DNA of 64,000 nucleotides from a virus (lineage: Duplodnaviria; Caudoviricetes), in IMG/VR virus record IMGVR_UViG_2596583600_000002, positions 14,752-78,751 of that record; one strand, 5' to 3'. The notes under the pieces were generated by a model, which saw only the letters and a program-made list of their open reading frames with translations, was not told the DNA's origin and made no database searches. Position numbers and translations under genes: made by a program. Below are positions 54,861-63,680 of this stretch, piece by piece. Each line of letters opens with the position of its first letter. Position 1 is the first letter of the stretch.

Positions 54861-55373
54861 ATGGCAGGCATCCTCTCCAAGATCGCGGGCGGCATTAACA
54901 AGTTCAGCGATGAACTGATCAACCCCACGTCCGCGCTGGGTCGCTTGGGCATGTTCCTGGGGGCCGCGTCCGGGTCCGATCTGGGGCAGGCGCAGATGAT
55001 GGCGGCGCAGGATGCGCGTTTGCGGCGGCGCGACATGTTCGATGACGAGGACCGCGATCTGGACCGGCAATATCGGCAGGCGCAGATTCAAAAGTTGCTC
55101 GCACCGCAGCAGCCCAACGACACCTATGAGCGCATCGTGGCGCGTCTGGGTCAGGGACAGGGCGACAGCTATTTGCGGACGCTGGCGGAAGGGCCGCCGA
55201 TCGCGGTTGATGTGCAGCAGGCCGATGGGTCCACCGTCCGCCAATATATGCCGCGCGGGCAGTTCGGCGGGAATTTCATGCCGCCGCAGCCGCAAGCAGC
55301 GCCTCCGGGTGTAACCTTCACTCCGATTGATGGAGGTCCGACGCAACCCGCGTCGGGCGGCTTTCGGCGCTGA
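54861..55373 (+). CDS. second ejection/internal virion protein
   Basis: position in operon; Gly-rich N-terminus, YRQAQIQKL. Confidence 0.7.
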   Translation: MAGILSKIAGGINKFSDELINPTSALGRLGMFLGAASGSDLGQAQMMAAQDARLRRRDMFDDEDRDLDRQYRQAQIQKLLAPQQPNDTYERIVARLGQGQGDSYLRTLAEGPPIAVDVQQADGSTVRQYMPRGQFGGNFMPPQPQAAPPGVTFTPIDGGPTQPASGGFRR

Positions 55374-55374
55374 T

Positions 55375-55746
55375 ATGCTGAACGACATCACCATGAGCGC
55401 GGAGAGCGGTGGGCGCAGATACGGGCGCAATGGGGGGCTGTTGACCAGCATGGCGGGGGCCATGGGGGAAATGCAGGTCATGCCCGGAACGGCGCGCGAT
55501 CCCGGCTTTGGCGTCAGGCCATGGCAAGGCGGTGCGGATGATCTTGCCCGCGTCGGGAGGGATTATCGGGCCGCCATGCAGAAGCGTTATGGCGGCGAAC
55601 CGGACAAGATGTGGGCGGCTTATAACTGGGGACCGGGCAACCTCGACAAGGCCATCGCCAGTCACGGCCCCGGCTGGATGAACGCCGCGCCTGCTGAAAC
55701 GCGCAATTACATCGCCCGTAATCTTCGCGCCTTGGGAGGTCATTGA
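55375..55746 (+). CDS. SLT lytic transglycosylase domain (possibly reached by +1 frameshift)
   Basis: AESGG, GAMGEMQVMPGTA, AAYNWGPG, ETRNY. Confidence 0.88.
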   Translation: MLNDITMSAESGGRRYGRNGGLLTSMAGAMGEMQVMPGTARDPGFGVRPWQGGADDLARVGRDYRAAMQKRYGGEPDKMWAAYNWGPGNLDKAIASHGPGWMNAAPAETRNYIARNLRALGGH

Positions 55747-58601
55747 TGGCAACGCAGTATAGAGATGGCCAGCGGCTCCAAGGATCGGACGGCAACGTCT
55801 ATGTCGTTCGCAACGGCGTCCCGACGCTTGAGCAGGCCCAGTCCGTACCGGGCGGGATCGTGGTGAAGCCTGCCGATCCGACGCTTGGCAGTAAGGTTGC
55901 CAAGGCGGCGAATGACGCGGCGGCATCTGTCTTTGATCCCCAGCGAGCGGCCACGTCTACCGCCCAAGGGCAATATGACCTCCGCACACAGCCGACCAAG
56001 GACAATATCAACCTCACAGGCGATCTTGCAAAGCGCTACACTAGCGATCCGGCTGTAAAACAGTATGCAGCCGCGATCCAGAGTTACGCTCGCGCCGTTG
56101 GGGCCAAGGACACGCCTCAGGGCGACCTCAGCCTGATCTATGCTTATGCCAAGATCATGGACCCGGACAGCGTGGTTCGCGAGGGTGAGGCCGCTAGCGT
56201 TTCCAATTCTGATACACTGGCAGGACAGCTTGTTGCCCGGTATCGCAAGGAGCTTGGCGAGGGAGGGGTGTTCAGCGCCACAGCCCGCCAAAATCTCCTG
56301 CAAGAAATGCGCAACGCCATGGGCGCGCTCAACGCCAGTTATGTGCAGGCGCGACAGACATATGGCCAGATTGCCCAGCAGAACGGCCTTGATGAGAAAC
56401 AGGTCATCGGCCCCCATGCCGGACTGCCATTCTCGAAGCGCGAGGCCCGGATGCGGGGCACCTCCGAACCGCAGCGGGATTTCTATGGCAATGTCACCGA
56501 ACCGGCGCGACCTATTGGAGGCATTCCGGAACCGGACCAGATTGACCCTACTGGCGGCAATCCCCTTCTGTCGCCGCAGGATCGCGCCGAGATAGCGGCC
56601 AATGCCCGCTATATGACGCCTGAGAGCATGCAGGCGTGGTTCCGCGACCGGGGGCTTCAAATCTCCCCGGACGAGGCGCGCAGGAATTATGATTACTACT
56701 CGCGCGGCGGGTCGCAGGACGCTGCGGTCAATGCGCCGCAAGGCGAAGGGTCGCTGTTGGGGAGGTTGGCTGGATCAACGCCGGGGATGGCCGTAGGGGG
56801 CTATCTGAACGGCGCATTGATGGGCGGTATGGATGAGGTGGCAGCGGGCATCGGTTCCGCCATCAATGGAACGCCGTATTCGGAAAATTTGAGAGAGGCT
56901 AATGCGAAGAAGCAGGCAATCGCCTCCGATAGCCCTTTGGCGTATGGAACCGGTAACGTCATTGGCGGCATCACAGGTGCTATCGGACTAGGTGCCCTTG
57001 GCATTGGCTCGCGGTTGCCGATTTTGACCGATATTGGCCTTGGGGCACTTGGCGGCGCGCTGGAGGAAAATGATAACCGTTCGGGCGGCGCAGCGTTGGG
57101 TGGCGCTTTCGGTGGCGCTACGGGCGGCGTCCTGCGCGGCCTCGCCGCCCTCCCCGGTCGCCCCGCTGGCGTTGATCTTCCGATAGCCCAGAATGTCGAA
57201 CGGGCGGGCGTTGATAATGTGCGCGGGAGCCTGATGGAGGCTCGCGATCTGGGGATTCCCATGTCGCTGGCGGACACCAATTCGATCATGTCCACGCTGG
57301 CGGGGTCGGCCACGCGCCTTTCGCCACAGGCGGAGGAAATCGCCATCGGCAGCATGGTCCCGCGCGCCCGTGGCCAGATAGACCGCTTCGGCGAAGCCAT
57401 TGAGCGCGATCTGGGTCCACTGGCGAACCCGATGGAGCAGAGCGAAGCACTGTTGCAGAAGGCGCGCCGCGATGCCGCACCTCTCTATGAGCGCGCCTAT
57501 GAAATGCCCGTCATCGGCACATCTGATCTTGATGCCATCCTGAACACGCCATTCGGGCGGCAGGCTCTTGGTAAGGCGCGGAATATTGCCGCGAATGAAA
57601 GGCGCAGTCCAGAAGCAATGGGCCTCCGCATGGATGCCGATGGCAATGTCGTGCTGGAGCCGACTGTGCCCATGACGCTGACCAACGCGGGCAGCGAGGG
57701 CGGCAATGCTGTTCAGCAGATGGGCTACACCATGCAGGCGCTCGACCAGACCAAGCAGGGTATGGACGATGTGCTGGAGCAGTATCGTAACCCGGTAACA
57801 GGAAAACTCGACCTGACACCGGCTGGAGTGGCTGAAAACGGCGTCCGCGCAGACCTTCTCAATCAACTGGATGAACTCAATCCCACATATGCGGAAGCGC
57901 GCCGTGCCTATCAGGGGCCGATGGAACTGCGTGACGCGCTGGCGACGGGCCGCGATGCCGTGCGCCGGACGCCGCGTGAGGTGCAGGCTATCTCCGGTCG
58001 CATGTCGCCCGCAGAGCAGCAGCAGATGCAGCTTGGCTATCGCGTCGGCCTTGATGACCGCGCGAACGATATACGGTACAGCAGCAACCCGTTCGAAGGC
58101 GTCCTGGGACCGCCAGCCGCCGAACAGCGCCTGTCCGCAGTCTATGGCGATAACAACCCCGGTGTGACCCGGCTGCTGCGCCAGCGTGACATTGAACGCC
58201 AGCTTGCAGGTTCGACCAATGACGTTTTGGGCAACAGCAAGACAGCCAAGCGCATCCTTGCCGATGAGAGTTTCATGAACGGGATACCGGGCGGGATCAT
58301 CGACGTGGGGGCCGATCTGGCGACCGGCAATGCGCCTATCGGTTCAGCGTTGCGCGCCTTGGGGGCTGGGGCCTTGCGCGACCGTGCAAAAATGGGCGCC
58401 ATGCGCGGCGCTCAGCAGCGCGCGGACGAAATGGCCCCTATCCTGTTCAATACGGACACGCCTGCCGCGCTGGATACGCTGGACGAGATACTGGCGCGGA
58501 CTTCCGCCTATCGCAATCGCCAGCGGCTCTTGCAGCCTATCGCGGGAAGCACTGGCGGCGTGATCGGCGGCATGGTGCCGGGTTGGTTAAGTGGAAATTG
58601 A
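55746..58601 (+). CDS. large ejection/internal virion protein
   Basis: about 950 aa; KIMDPDSVVREGE, Gly-rich hydrophobic stretches, GNSKTA. Confidence 0.75.
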   Translation: MATQYRDGQRLQGSDGNVYVVRNGVPTLEQAQSVPGGIVVKPADPTLGSKVAKAANDAAASVFDPQRAATSTAQGQYDLRTQPTKDNINLTGDLAKRYTSDPAVKQYAAAIQSYARAVGAKDTPQGDLSLIYAYAKIMDPDSVVREGEAASVSNSDTLAGQLVARYRKELGEGGVFSATARQNLLQEMRNAMGALNASYVQARQTYGQIAQQNGLDEKQVIGPHAGLPFSKREARMRGTSEPQRDFYGNVTEPARPIGGIPEPDQIDPTGGNPLLSPQDRAEIAANARYMTPESMQAWFRDRGLQISPDEARRNYDYYSRGGSQDAAVNAPQGEGSLLGRLAGSTPGMAVGGYLNGALMGGMDEVAAGIGSAINGTPYSENLREANAKKQAIASDSPLAYGTGNVIGGITGAIGLGALGIGSRLPILTDIGLGALGGALEENDNRSGGAALGGAFGGATGGVLRGLAALPGRPAGVDLPIAQNVERAGVDNVRGSLMEARDLGIPMSLADTNSIMSTLAGSATRLSPQAEEIAIGSMVPRARGQIDRFGEAIERDLGPLANPMEQSEALLQKARRDAAPLYERAYEMPVIGTSDLDAILNTPFGRQALGKARNIAANERRSPEAMGLRMDADGNVVLEPTVPMTLTNAGSEGGNAVQQMGYTMQALDQTKQGMDDVLEQYRNPVTGKLDLTPAGVAENGVRADLLNQLDELNPTYAEARRAYQGPMELRDALATGRDAVRRTPREVQAISGRMSPAEQQQMQLGYRVGLDDRANDIRYSSNPFEGVLGPPAAEQRLSAVYGDNNPGVTRLLRQRDIERQLAGSTNDVLGNSKTAKRILADESFMNGIPGGIIDVGADLATGNAPIGSALRALGAGALRDRAKMGAMRGAQQRADEMAPILFNTDTPAALDTLDEILARTSAYRNRQRLLQPIAGSTGGVIGGMVPGWLSGN

Positions 58602-58826
58602 GGCGGCTATGTATAGAATGAGCAATAGCAGCGTTCCTAGGCCCCACGTCCATGCCACGCGCCTTTCCCAGCGCTTTAGCTTGCCGTCCGGCACCCAAAC
58701 GCCCTTTTGCAATTCCATGGGGATTTCGCGCCGGTTCGCTTTCCATAGGCGGTATCGGGCCAGCAGAAACGTGCCGATAGAAAGACCAAGGACGTTCAGG
58801 AATATATTGATGGTAGATTGGCTCAT
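58587..58826 (-). CDS. small 2-TM protein
   Basis: ATGA-coupled; two hydrophobic helices. Confidence 0.65.
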   Translation of the reverse strand: MSQSTINIFLNVLGLSIGTFLLARYRLWKANRREIPMELQKGVWVPDGKLKRWERRVAWTWGLGTLLLLILYIAASIST

Positions 58827-59065
58827 TGCTTGTCAGCCGGGTAAGAGGCAATCCAATCCGTCACTACAGTGGCACCCGGCTCTCCATTTCCGCCGATCAC
58901 AGAAACAGCACTATGGTCAACATTCCGCACGGTCGCGCAATGAACCGTACCGTCCCTTCCTGCCACGGAAACAGTGTCTCCAGCATTTGGTAGTTGCAGG
59001 AATTTATGCGCGCCCCAATTCACCTGTGACTTTAAACCATGCACAAATAGGGTGGCTTCAATCAT
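58823..59065 (-). CDS. small soluble hypothetical protein
   Basis: GGTGGGGG RBS; MIEATLFVHG... Confidence 0.6.
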   Translation of the reverse strand: MIEATLFVHGLKSQVNWGAHKFLQLPNAGDTVSVAGRDGTVHCATVRNVDHSAVSVIGGNGEPGATVVTDWIASYPADKQ

Positions 59066-59115
59066 ACCCCCACCCTTACCCGCTTTCCCCGCCGCTCTCA
59101 AGGCAGGGGAACCCG

Positions 59116-59244
59116 TCACCCACGCGCGTTGGGGTTGGCCTTGCGGTCGGCGTGGAGTTTGCGGCGCTCGTTCCAGAGATACAGGTAGAGGCCGCCAGCG
59201 ATGGAAGCGGCAATCGCGGGCACAGCGATATCGAAAATGGTCAT
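59116..59244 (-). CDS. 42-aa single-TM peptide
   Basis: GGAGG RBS; MTIFDIAVPAIAASIAGGLYLYLWNERRKLHADRKANPNARG. Confidence 0.6.
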   Translation of the reverse strand: MTIFDIAVPAIAASIAGGLYLYLWNERRKLHADRKANPNARG

Positions 59245-59456
59245 TCCGCGTCCTCCGAATCAAGCAGGTCGTTAATCTGCACAGACATCAACATAAGCAT
59301 GACAGCGGTTAAAATCCATGCCGCTATCGCCAGCGTGAATGTGTCATCGTTCCAGCGCAACAGCGTGGCGACCAGCAGGGCGATTCCTCCCGCGCCAAGA
59401 ATTGTCGATCCGCGCTTGATTTTCTCGTTCCAACGAACGGTCCGCATGTCCTTCAT
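59241..59456 (-). CDS. small 2-TM protein
   Basis: GGGGGA RBS; two hydrophobic helices. Confidence 0.65.
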   Translation of the reverse strand: MKDMRTVRWNEKIKRGSTILGAGGIALLVATLLRWNDDTFTLAIAAWILTAVMLMLMSVQINDLLDSEDAE

Positions 59457-59512
59457 GGACGATTCCCCCAAATTTTCACTTCTCCCGATAAACAGAAACC
59501 CGGAGCCGCGCC

Positions 59513-60547
59513 ATGTTTGATAACTGGTCCACCAACCCGGCCAGCAATACGCTGATCGACGGCATCAACTGGAGCGAGAACCAGTTGCCCAGCACTGTGA
59601 ACAACAGCGCGCGGCAGATGATGGCCGACCTCGCGACATGGCGGAACGGCATTTACGGCGGCAACAGGTTCGCCCTGCTGACCGGCGGGACGTTCACCGG
59701 GAACGTCACGGTCAACGCCACGTTCACCGCGACGAAGGTGCAGGTGGGGAGCGCCACGTTCGGTATGGATATCTCCGGCCAATTGCGGAGGGTCTATTTC
59801 GACACGGCAGGACAGAACCAGCTATCCTATAGCACCGGCACCAACCGTTTCATTTTCACGCAAGCGGGCGTTGACGTTCTGTACGTGAACAATGACGGCA
59901 GGCTATCCGGGCCGCTGGGCAGTTACTGGGCTACCAGTGATGCTGTGAACGCAGCAACTTTGTCGGGCCAGAACAGCGCATATTATCGCGACCTTGGCAA
60001 CTCCACAGGGACACTGCCCAACGCGCGCATATCCGGCGATTATAATGGCATCGGCCTGCTTACAACCGACAGAATACGACTTGTAAACGGGACCGTGCCG
60101 GACCCGACGACGACCAACCATGCTTTTCAGGTCGGCCGCGACTCCAACTTTAATATGCGTATCGGGTCGAGCCGCATACAAGGTGTGAACAACGGCGTTG
60201 CATCAGGAATACGGCTGCAAACCAGCGGCGGGGATATTGATTTCTTCAACAACAAGATCGCGTTCACCTTCGCCACAGGGAACATCACGACATCAGGCGA
60301 TGTTTCTGCCGCGAATGTCACTGCATCCGGGAAGGTGGCGGCCCCGCGTCTTGAAGTGGACAGCCCGTTCTACCTCACAGTGACGGCAGGAAACCCTGGC
60401 GTCGTTTTCGATCCGGGGGATTATATCCTTTTCAACCGCGCTCAGAACAAATTCTATTTTTATGTCGGCGGAACGGCGCAGGCGAGCATTGACGCGAGCG
60501 GCGTTCTTCGGGTGCGCGGCAATGTCATCGGGAACACCACGCCATGA
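59513..60547 (+). CDS. tail fibre protein
   Basis: N-terminal WST.PASN...GINW.E.Q.PSTVNNSARQMMA anchor; beta-rich; C-terminal GVLRVRGNV. Confidence 0.8.
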   Translation: MFDNWSTNPASNTLIDGINWSENQLPSTVNNSARQMMADLATWRNGIYGGNRFALLTGGTFTGNVTVNATFTATKVQVGSATFGMDISGQLRRVYFDTAGQNQLSYSTGTNRFIFTQAGVDVLYVNNDGRLSGPLGSYWATSDAVNAATLSGQNSAYYRDLGNSTGTLPNARISGDYNGIGLLTTDRIRLVNGTVPDPTTTNHAFQVGRDSNFNMRIGSSRIQGVNNGVASGIRLQTSGGDIDFFNNKIAFTFATGNITTSGDVSAANVTASGKVAAPRLEVDSPFYLTVTAGNPGVVFDPGDYILFNRAQNKFYFYVGGTAQASIDASGVLRVRGNVIGNTTP

Positions 60548-61008
60548 CGCTGCCATCATCCGGCCCGATCTCGCTCAACGATGTTTGGGCGGAATATGGG
60601 ATGCCCAACAATTCACGCTTTCCGCAAGACATATACGGCAAGCCGGGGGTGCCCGCGTCGGGACCTCTGGGGCTGTCGGATATGTACGGCAAATCAAACT
60701 GGCTGCTGACCAAGAGCGTGGACAGCCTGAACGTGTCCAGCGTGACAGGCGGCGCTTCTGGAGAGTGCACTTTCACGACGACACTGCCGTACACCAGTAT
60801 GTCCTATGCTGTTCTGTCCGGCACCGAGCCGCCCGTTGCCAGAAGGGCATGGACCGCGCCTACCGGAACAACCGGGAAATATACCATCAACAACCCCGCT
60901 GGTGGGGGGCAGTGGTCCTATCAATGGACCATACGTGTGACAGCCACGGCGGCCGGGCTTCCTGACCTTACCATCGACCTCAATTGCAATCTGGATAAGG
61001 AGCTATAG
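60544..61008 (+). CDS. tail-fibre tip adhesin-like protein
   Basis: MTLPSSGPISLNDV...SGPLGLSDMYGK N-terminus. Confidence 0.65.
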   Translation: MTLPSSGPISLNDVWAEYGMPNNSRFPQDIYGKPGVPASGPLGLSDMYGKSNWLLTKSVDSLNVSSVTGGASGECTFTTTLPYTSMSYAVLSGTEPPVARRAWTAPTGTTGKYTINNPAGGGQWSYQWTIRVTATAAGLPDLTIDLNCNLDKEL

Positions 61009-61012
61009 GGCC

Positions 61013-61303
61013 ATGACCTACATTCAACACGCGATCATGGCCCTTGTGGCTCAAGCCATCGTCGGTCTGCTCACTGGCGACTGGTGGGCTGGTGCCGCGC
61101 TGGCATCTGCCTATTTCATCGGGCGCGAGGTGTCGCAGGCTGAATATCGCTGGATCGAGCATTACGGCAACGGGCGGCGGGCGAACATGCCATGGTGGGG
61201 GCGCTTTGATCTGCGCGTCTGGCCCAAGGTCGATCAGTGGGCGGACTGGATCGGCCCGGTTGTGGTCACGGTGGTGGTTGCTGCCAGTGTCGGGGGCAAA
61301 TAA
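61013..61303 (+). CDS. membrane protein
   Basis: FIGREVSQAEYRWI...RANMPWWG; hydrophobic. Confidence 0.65.
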   Translation: MTYIQHAIMALVAQAIVGLLTGDWWAGAALASAYFIGREVSQAEYRWIEHYGNGRRANMPWWGRFDLRVWPKVDQWADWIGPVVVTVVVAASVGGK

Positions 61304-61659
61304 TGAACGAACCGCGTGAATTTCTCGTCTGGTGGGTGCTGAGCCTTGCCGCCGCCGCAACCGTGGCGGTGGGCCGGATCGGCTATTCCCTCTGGCGCAT
61401 CGGCCCGGACGAGCCTGACGATCCGGTGAAGCTGAAACACTGGCGCAGGCGGCGGCGCTGGCTGGTGCTGTCCGAACTGTCGGCGCTCCCTGCCTTCGCC
61501 ACTATCGCGGTTGCCGCCGTGGCGCACTGGGGCATGTCCCCTGTCACGGGCGTGCTGCTGGCCATGGGGATGGGCGGCGTCGGCTTCGCGATGCTTCTGG
61601 ACGCACTGCAATATCTGTTTCGCAAGCGGGTGGGCCTCCCTGAAGGAGAAGGCGCATGA
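61303..61659 (+). CDS. putative holin
   Basis: 3 TM segments upstream of the endolysin. Confidence 0.65.
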   Translation: MNEPREFLVWWVLSLAAAATVAVGRIGYSLWRIGPDEPDDPVKLKHWRRRRRWLVLSELSALPAFATIAVAAVAHWGMSPVTGVLLAMGMGGVGFAMLLDALQYLFRKRVGLPEGEGA

Positions 61660-61781
61660 GCAAGGAAGAACTGACGATCATTTTCATCGGCTCGATGCTG
61701 GCGGCCATATTCGGGCTGTGGCGGGCCTATGCGGCGCAGAAGCGGTGCGATGGACATAGGTGTGGGAGGATGAAGCCGTGA
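61656..61781 (+). CDS. 41-aa single-TM peptide
   Basis: AGGAG RBS; overlaps both neighbours. Confidence 0.5.
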   Translation: MSKEELTIIFIGSMLAAIFGLWRAYAAQKRCDGHRCGRMKP

Positions 61782-62359
61782 CCATTGACGCGAAGCTCCT
61801 GCAACGCCGCCTTGGTGTGGCGCAGGACGGCATCATAGGCCGTGATACGTGGCGGGCCGTGTTCGCCCGCTTCGGCGCGGACCCAACGAAAGCGCGCGCG
61901 CTCGCCATCGCCATGAACGTCTACGCGGCAACCTATGACATGATGACGCCGCTCAGGCTGTCCCACTTCTTTGCCCAGCTTGTCCATGAAAGCGGCTCGT
62001 TCCGTTATATGGAGGAAATCGCCTCCGGAGCCGCCTATGAAGGACGGAAAGACCTCGGCAATGTCGTCGCGGGGGACGGCAAGCGGTATAAGGGGCGCGG
62101 TCCCTTGCAGATAACCGGGCGGGCCAATTACCAGCGCTTCGGGCGGCTGATCGGGATCGACATCGAGGACAGCCCGGAACTGGCGGCGCACCCCTCCATC
62201 GGCCTGCATCTGGCGCTGGAATATTGGCGCGACCGCAAGTTGAACGCGATGGCTGACCGCGATGACGTGGTGGCTGTCACCAAGGCGGTGAACGGCGGCA
62301 GCAATGGCCTGTCGGATCGGATGGCGCAACTGTCCAAAGCGAAGGGGTTGTTCGCATGA
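61778..62359 (+). CDS. GH19 endolysin with peptidoglycan-binding N-terminus
   Basis: LQRRLGV..DGIIG..T; FAQLVHESG, YKGRGPLQITGRANY, VNGG.NGL.DR. Confidence 0.92.
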   Translation: MTIDAKLLQRRLGVAQDGIIGRDTWRAVFARFGADPTKARALAIAMNVYAATYDMMTPLRLSHFFAQLVHESGSFRYMEEIASGAAYEGRKDLGNVVAGDGKRYKGRGPLQITGRANYQRFGRLIGIDIEDSPELAAHPSIGLHLALEYWRDRKLNAMADRDDVVAVTKAVNGGSNGLSDRMAQLSKAKGLFA

Positions 62360-62457
62360 TCGGTTTCATCGCGGGCCTGTTCACTGGCTGCGTTGTGGTG
62401 ATCACGCTGCTGGTGATCCTGGCTTATCGGATATGGCGCAAGGAGATCGACCTATGA
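62356..62457 (+). CDS. 33-aa single-TM peptide
   Basis: ATGA overlaps at both ends; MIGFIAGLFTGCVVVITLLVILAYRIWRKEIDL. Confidence 0.55.
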   Translation: MIGFIAGLFTGCVVVITLLVILAYRIWRKEIDL

Positions 62458-62954
62458 TCGCCGCCATCGCCTTTGTCCGCCAGCACTGGAAGCTGGTTCT
62501 CGGCGCTGGCCTGCTTCTCCTGCTGATCGTCCAGACGTTCCGATTGCAGGCCACAGAAGCCAGCCTGAGCGCGGAGAAGGCCGGAAGGCAGTCCGACCGC
62601 GCCGCCTATGCCCAAGCGCAGGCAGAGGCCACCAGCGCGGCCCTGAGCGCCAAGATCGAGAAGGAAGCCGAATATGCCGAGAAAGCCGATGAGGCTGATG
62701 CCCGCTATGCTGATTTGTCTCAGCAGTATCGCGCTGCCGTCATGCACTACCAAGCCGCTCAGCGTCAGGCCGGAAGCGCCGATCTGCCCCAGCCCGCCGA
62801 CGCCGCCGAAAGCGGCAACCGATCCGGTGGAAGTGCCATCGTTTCTGTCGGCTCCATCCTGATACCGGAGGCGGACGCCTTCATATGCGCTGGGAACACG
62901 GCGCGGCTGGAGGCGGTCAGGGCGTGGGCGGTTGGGCTTCAGGCTGATCGGTAG
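62454..62954 (+). CDS. Rz-like inner-membrane spanin
   Basis: AAGGAG RBS; TM plus coiled coil. Confidence 0.75.
   Translation: MIAAIAFVRQHWKLVLGAGLLLLLIVQTFRLQATEASLSAEKAGRQSDRAAYAQAQAEATSAALSAKIEKEAEYAEKADEADARYADLSQQYRAAVMHYQAAQRQAGSADLPQPADAAESGNRSGGSAIVSVGSILIPEADAFICAGNTARLEAVRAWAVGLQADR
62698..62862 (+). CDS. Rz1-like outer-membrane spanin nested in Rz
   Basis: MPAMLICLSSIALPS-C lipobox-like; Pro-rich. Confidence 0.6.
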   Translation: MPAMLICLSSIALPSCTTKPLSVRPEAPICPSPPTPPKAATDPVEVPSFLSAPS

Positions 62955-63076
62955 GCGGCCCGTGGGGTGACCAGAACGGATGCATCCGGTCACTGACGCT
63001 CCCGCCCTAGTCTATGGTTTCAACGCCTTGGGCGGCTTCCGGGTCCGTCTATACCTCTAATGAACCAGACACCACA

Positions 63077-63268
63077 TCACCCCTGATCCGCAATACACCT
63101 ATCGAGATACTCCCCCAGCCGTCTGGCCTGATCGCTGAACCCTTCCTCCCGCAGCGCCTCCATCACCTCCCATACCTCCATCGGATGCGTGTGGACGCCC
63201 TGCTGCAACCGCTTCATCAGTTGGCTATACTCCTGAGAGAGCGGGTTGGATTCCTTGAGCCACGTCAC
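63077..63268 (-). CDS. SOS-boxed hypothetical protein
   Basis: 63-aa helical ORF immediately behind a LexA box. Confidence 0.6.
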   Translation of the reverse strand: MTWLKESNPLSQEYSQLMKRLQQGVHTHPMEVWEVMEALREEGFSDQARRLGEYLDRCIADQG

Positions 63269-63275
63269 GGCCCAT

Positions 63276-63290
63276 GTTCGCGCTTCGTTC
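63276..63290. promoter_or_regulatory. LexA box GTTC-N7-GTTC
   Basis: GTTC GCGCTTC GTTC; TTGACC just upstream on the minus strand. Confidence 0.7.
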
Positions 63291-63416
63291 GCGAGTCGGT
63301 CAAGGCTCGAAAAGCCCCCTCACCATATCCACTGTCCCCACGAGCGTGAGAAAGCCGATCAGCAGGGCGGTGGAGAGGAAGAGGCGGTCTTTGAGGGGCA
63401 TGAGGTGGTCTACCGT

Positions 63417-63680
63417 TTACCCCTCCCCCTTCGATGCTTCAAGCTGGGAGAGGGCGGCGTCCACGATCTTGAATGCGTCGCCATACTGGCTCTGCTGTCC
63501 CGCGCTGGGGAGAAGCATGGCCCGCATGATCCTCAACGCCGCCACCGCCATATCCCGCTCTTTCGAGAGGGTGCGGATGGCTTGGGCGGCTTCCTGCATC
63601 AGAAAGGTGATGTTGGTTGTCTTTTTAGGATCGACCCTTGTTGGCCATGCTTCAAGCTGTAGGGTTAACCAGTCGCTCAT
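63417..63680 (-). CDS. hypothetical phage protein
   Basis: GGAGG RBS; ATGA overlap. Confidence 0.6.
   Translation of the reverse strand: MSDWLTLQLEAWPTRVDPKKTTNITFLMQEAAQAIRTLSKERDMAVAALRIMRAMLLPSAGQQSQYGDAFKIVDAALSQLEASKGEG

Noticed and set aside
58591-59520. 309-aa plus-strand ORF across the moron cassette
   Set aside because: Composition is not protein-like; the minus-strand ORFs have RBSs, coupling and TM patterns
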